DNA from: Podarcis cretensis
Lineage: Eukaryota
Assembly: GCA_951804945.1 (NCBI GenBank)
Contig: OX638151.1
Location: forward strand, 34,534,001-34,598,000
DNA length: 64,000 nucleotides
Reading direction: 5' to 3'
This document shows, piece after piece, positions 61,782 through 64,000 of the stretch; position 1 is the stretch's first letter; each line of letters starts with the position of its first letter. The notes under the pieces were generated by a model, which was not told the DNA's origin, made no database searches, and was given only the letters and a program-made list of their open reading frames with translations. Position numbers and translations under genes: made by a program.

Positions 61782-62138
61782 TGGAACGTGGGTGGCACTG
61801 TGAGTTAAACCACAGAGCCTAGGACTTGCCGGTCAAAAGGTTGGCGGTTCGAATCCCCGTGATGGGGTGAGCTCCCGTTGCTCGGTCCCTGCTCCTGCCA
61901 ACCAAGCAGTTCGAAAGCACATCAAAGTGCAAGTAGATAAATAGGTATTGCTCTGGTGGGAAGGTAAACGGCGTTTCCGTGCACTGCTCTGGTTTGCCAA
62001 TAGTGGCTTAGTCATGCTGGCCACATGACTCGGAAACTGTACGCCAACTCCCTCAGCCAATAAAGCGAGATGAGCGCCGCAACCCCAGAGTCGTTCACGA
62101 CTGGACCTAATGGTCAGGGGTCCATTTACCTTTACCTT
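61782..62138 (+). mobile_element. Sauria SINE (Squam1), full length
   Basis: B box GGTTCGAATCC, (ACCTTT)n tail, 14-bp TSD TACCTCATTTAAGA (61768-61781, 62139-62152). Confidence 0.93.
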
Positions 62139-64000
62139 TACCTCATTTAAGAGGCATCTGGTTGGCCACTGCCAGAGCAGTATGCTGGTCTAGGCAGGAC
62201 TTGGGCTTGATCCAGCAGGCCTCGCTTACATTGTTACGTCCTTGCAATTTATTACCTTATTATGAACTTCCAATTGGTTGGGGGGCATGCAACAGCTCCT
62301 TTCCAGGGACAGGACACAAGAGACTGGAAGCTCCTGCTCTGAGGTGTGTGGGGTTTTTTTGCTTCTCAGTGACAGCAGCTGAGTTAGCTTCTACACAATG
62401 TGGTCAGTGTGGTGACCACACCCTAGATATATACCTAGGTTTCGTCAGGTCTGGTAGAGCAGGGCACCTTCAGAACAGTGCAGACGTTTTGTTTGCCACA
62501 TCCTTTTCCTTGGGGGCTGAAGTGGGGTTGTGAGAGCACAGAAGGCAGCTAATACATCAATGCTGAGGTTGGAACCGGAGAACCACTCTTCAGGAATCAC
62601 ATTCATCATTATGAAGTGCAAAGAAAGGGACCCTTGTCCCTAATGCAAAACAGTTCACAGATGCAGCACTGCGCCATAGCATGCCTCTGGAAGCAATCAG
62701 AATCAGTTCATAATATCACAGGATGCTGCCTTTCTCTAAACCAGCTTTGAATGATAGTGAGGCTTTAAAATCTTATTATTTAAACGCTTTTCTCCGAAAT
62801 ACATGAGTTGGCTAAATACTTCATATACTTGTAGACTTCTGTATGTATGAAGGGTGAACCTCTTATACAAACACATTGCTGGGAACTGAGAGTTCAAGAA
62901 AGAGGTAATTCTCTAAATTGGGATAAAACGGAAAGGAGGCGCTGACAGAAACTGATAAATGACCGTTCATTCCTTTTAATTGAGTAGTTCTGGCTACATC
63001 CAGAAGATGGCACTAGCATGCACCTAGACTACAAATGTGACCTAATCTATGTTTTTTTCCTTTTTTTTTCTTTTAACAAACAAACCATGGGCATAATCCC
63101 ATAGAATTCAATTTGTGTGTACAGATTGCTGGTGGCAACTGAAAGTGTAGCTTTTACTGTCTACATTTTAGAGCCAAATTACATGTTACTATGTGTGTAT
63201 TTTCTCAGAAATGCCCTTGTTTTAACTGAAAGCAGTGACAAGAAGCTGTGAATAGCGGTGAAGGATGAGCAGGTGGTGGTGGTATGAAATCTTTTCCCTT
63301 CCAGACATTTTCTACTGAAAATTGGTAACTTCCTGCTGCTTTTTGTCCTGCAGCAGGTAAGAGACAGGTACCTATATATTTATCCCTATGAAATAAAAAG
63401 CACACTGAGGAATGCATATATGGCTTTTGAATGCACAAAAATGCCTGGAAGGGGAAGAGTTAAGCTGCATCTCCCCTCCATAATTTCTTTCCAGGAGGCT
63501 GCTTTTAGTTACAAAAATAAAACATTGGGAATAAATCTGATTCAGTTTGCATTTAAAGGTAAACCTACCTAATTCGCACTTTTTGAAACAATACTTGAAC
63601 TAAACCTGAAGCACAGTGATCCTTCCAAATCTGCACATCTCCAAATTTTGCAGTGCAGTCCTCCAGCCAAGTAAGCCAAGTAATGTGTACAAAAATGCAT
63701 ATACCAGGGTAAAGTATGCAAAAAAATGCCCACATTAGCGAAACTAACATACAAAAATGTGTTATACTAGGAGAAATCTGCAATAAATTGCTGATGAATT
63801 TTCACAAGAGCTTCTTAAATAAATAATTAAATTGCAAACTGATCCACAAATGTGGAGTACTGAACTGTGGAGTACTGAAAGATGGGGAAACTGAGGAAAT
63901 TAATAGAAATAAGAATAGGCAGATCTGCCCATCCAAGGTCCAGTGCCAACATCTCCAAGGGTGCGATCCTGTGCACACTTTTCCTGAGCTGGCCTTCAGC

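Larger units (their letters stand above)
48578..64000 (+). other. ALK: ALK intron 1 (partial)
   Basis: Canonical GTGAGC donor at 48578. No exon-2-like sequence recognised downstream. Repeat-rich and AT-rich; vertebrate ALK intron 1 is known to be very large. Confidence 0.85.

Overview
This is eukaryotic DNA from a squamate reptile, most likely a lacertid lizard judging from the repeat content (Sauria SINE, Squam3-like CORE-SINE with a (CTT)n tail, Bov-B, CR1, L2, Penelope). The only host protein-coding feature I can support is the first coding exon of ALK (47920-48577, + strand). It lies in a CpG island and ends at a phase-1 GTGAGC donor; 48578-64000 is intron 1 and 1-46500 is upstream intergenic DNA. 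The rest is transposable-element debris: a 5'-truncated, lightly mutated CR1 LINE (about 2.8 kb), Bov-B and L2 fragments, several SINEs, many hAT non-autonomous elements with 8-bp target-site duplications (TSDs), Tc1/mariner (Tigger-like) MITEs with TA TSDs, and microsatellites. Highlights: (i) a 216-bp fold-back Penelope-like insertion with a 12-bp TSD carrying an intact minimal type-I hammerhead ribozyme; (ii) a hAT element that contains a Bov-B fragment and has a 91-bp sibling; (iii) an ALK 5' leader with (GGC)10, a G-quadruplex motif and three uORFs, one of which has its stop overlapping the ALK ATG; (iv) an unexplained 141-bp near-perfect hairpin about 4.3 kb upstream of the ALK ATG. I found no convincing wholly new biological system. 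Family names come from recalled motifs, not database searches.
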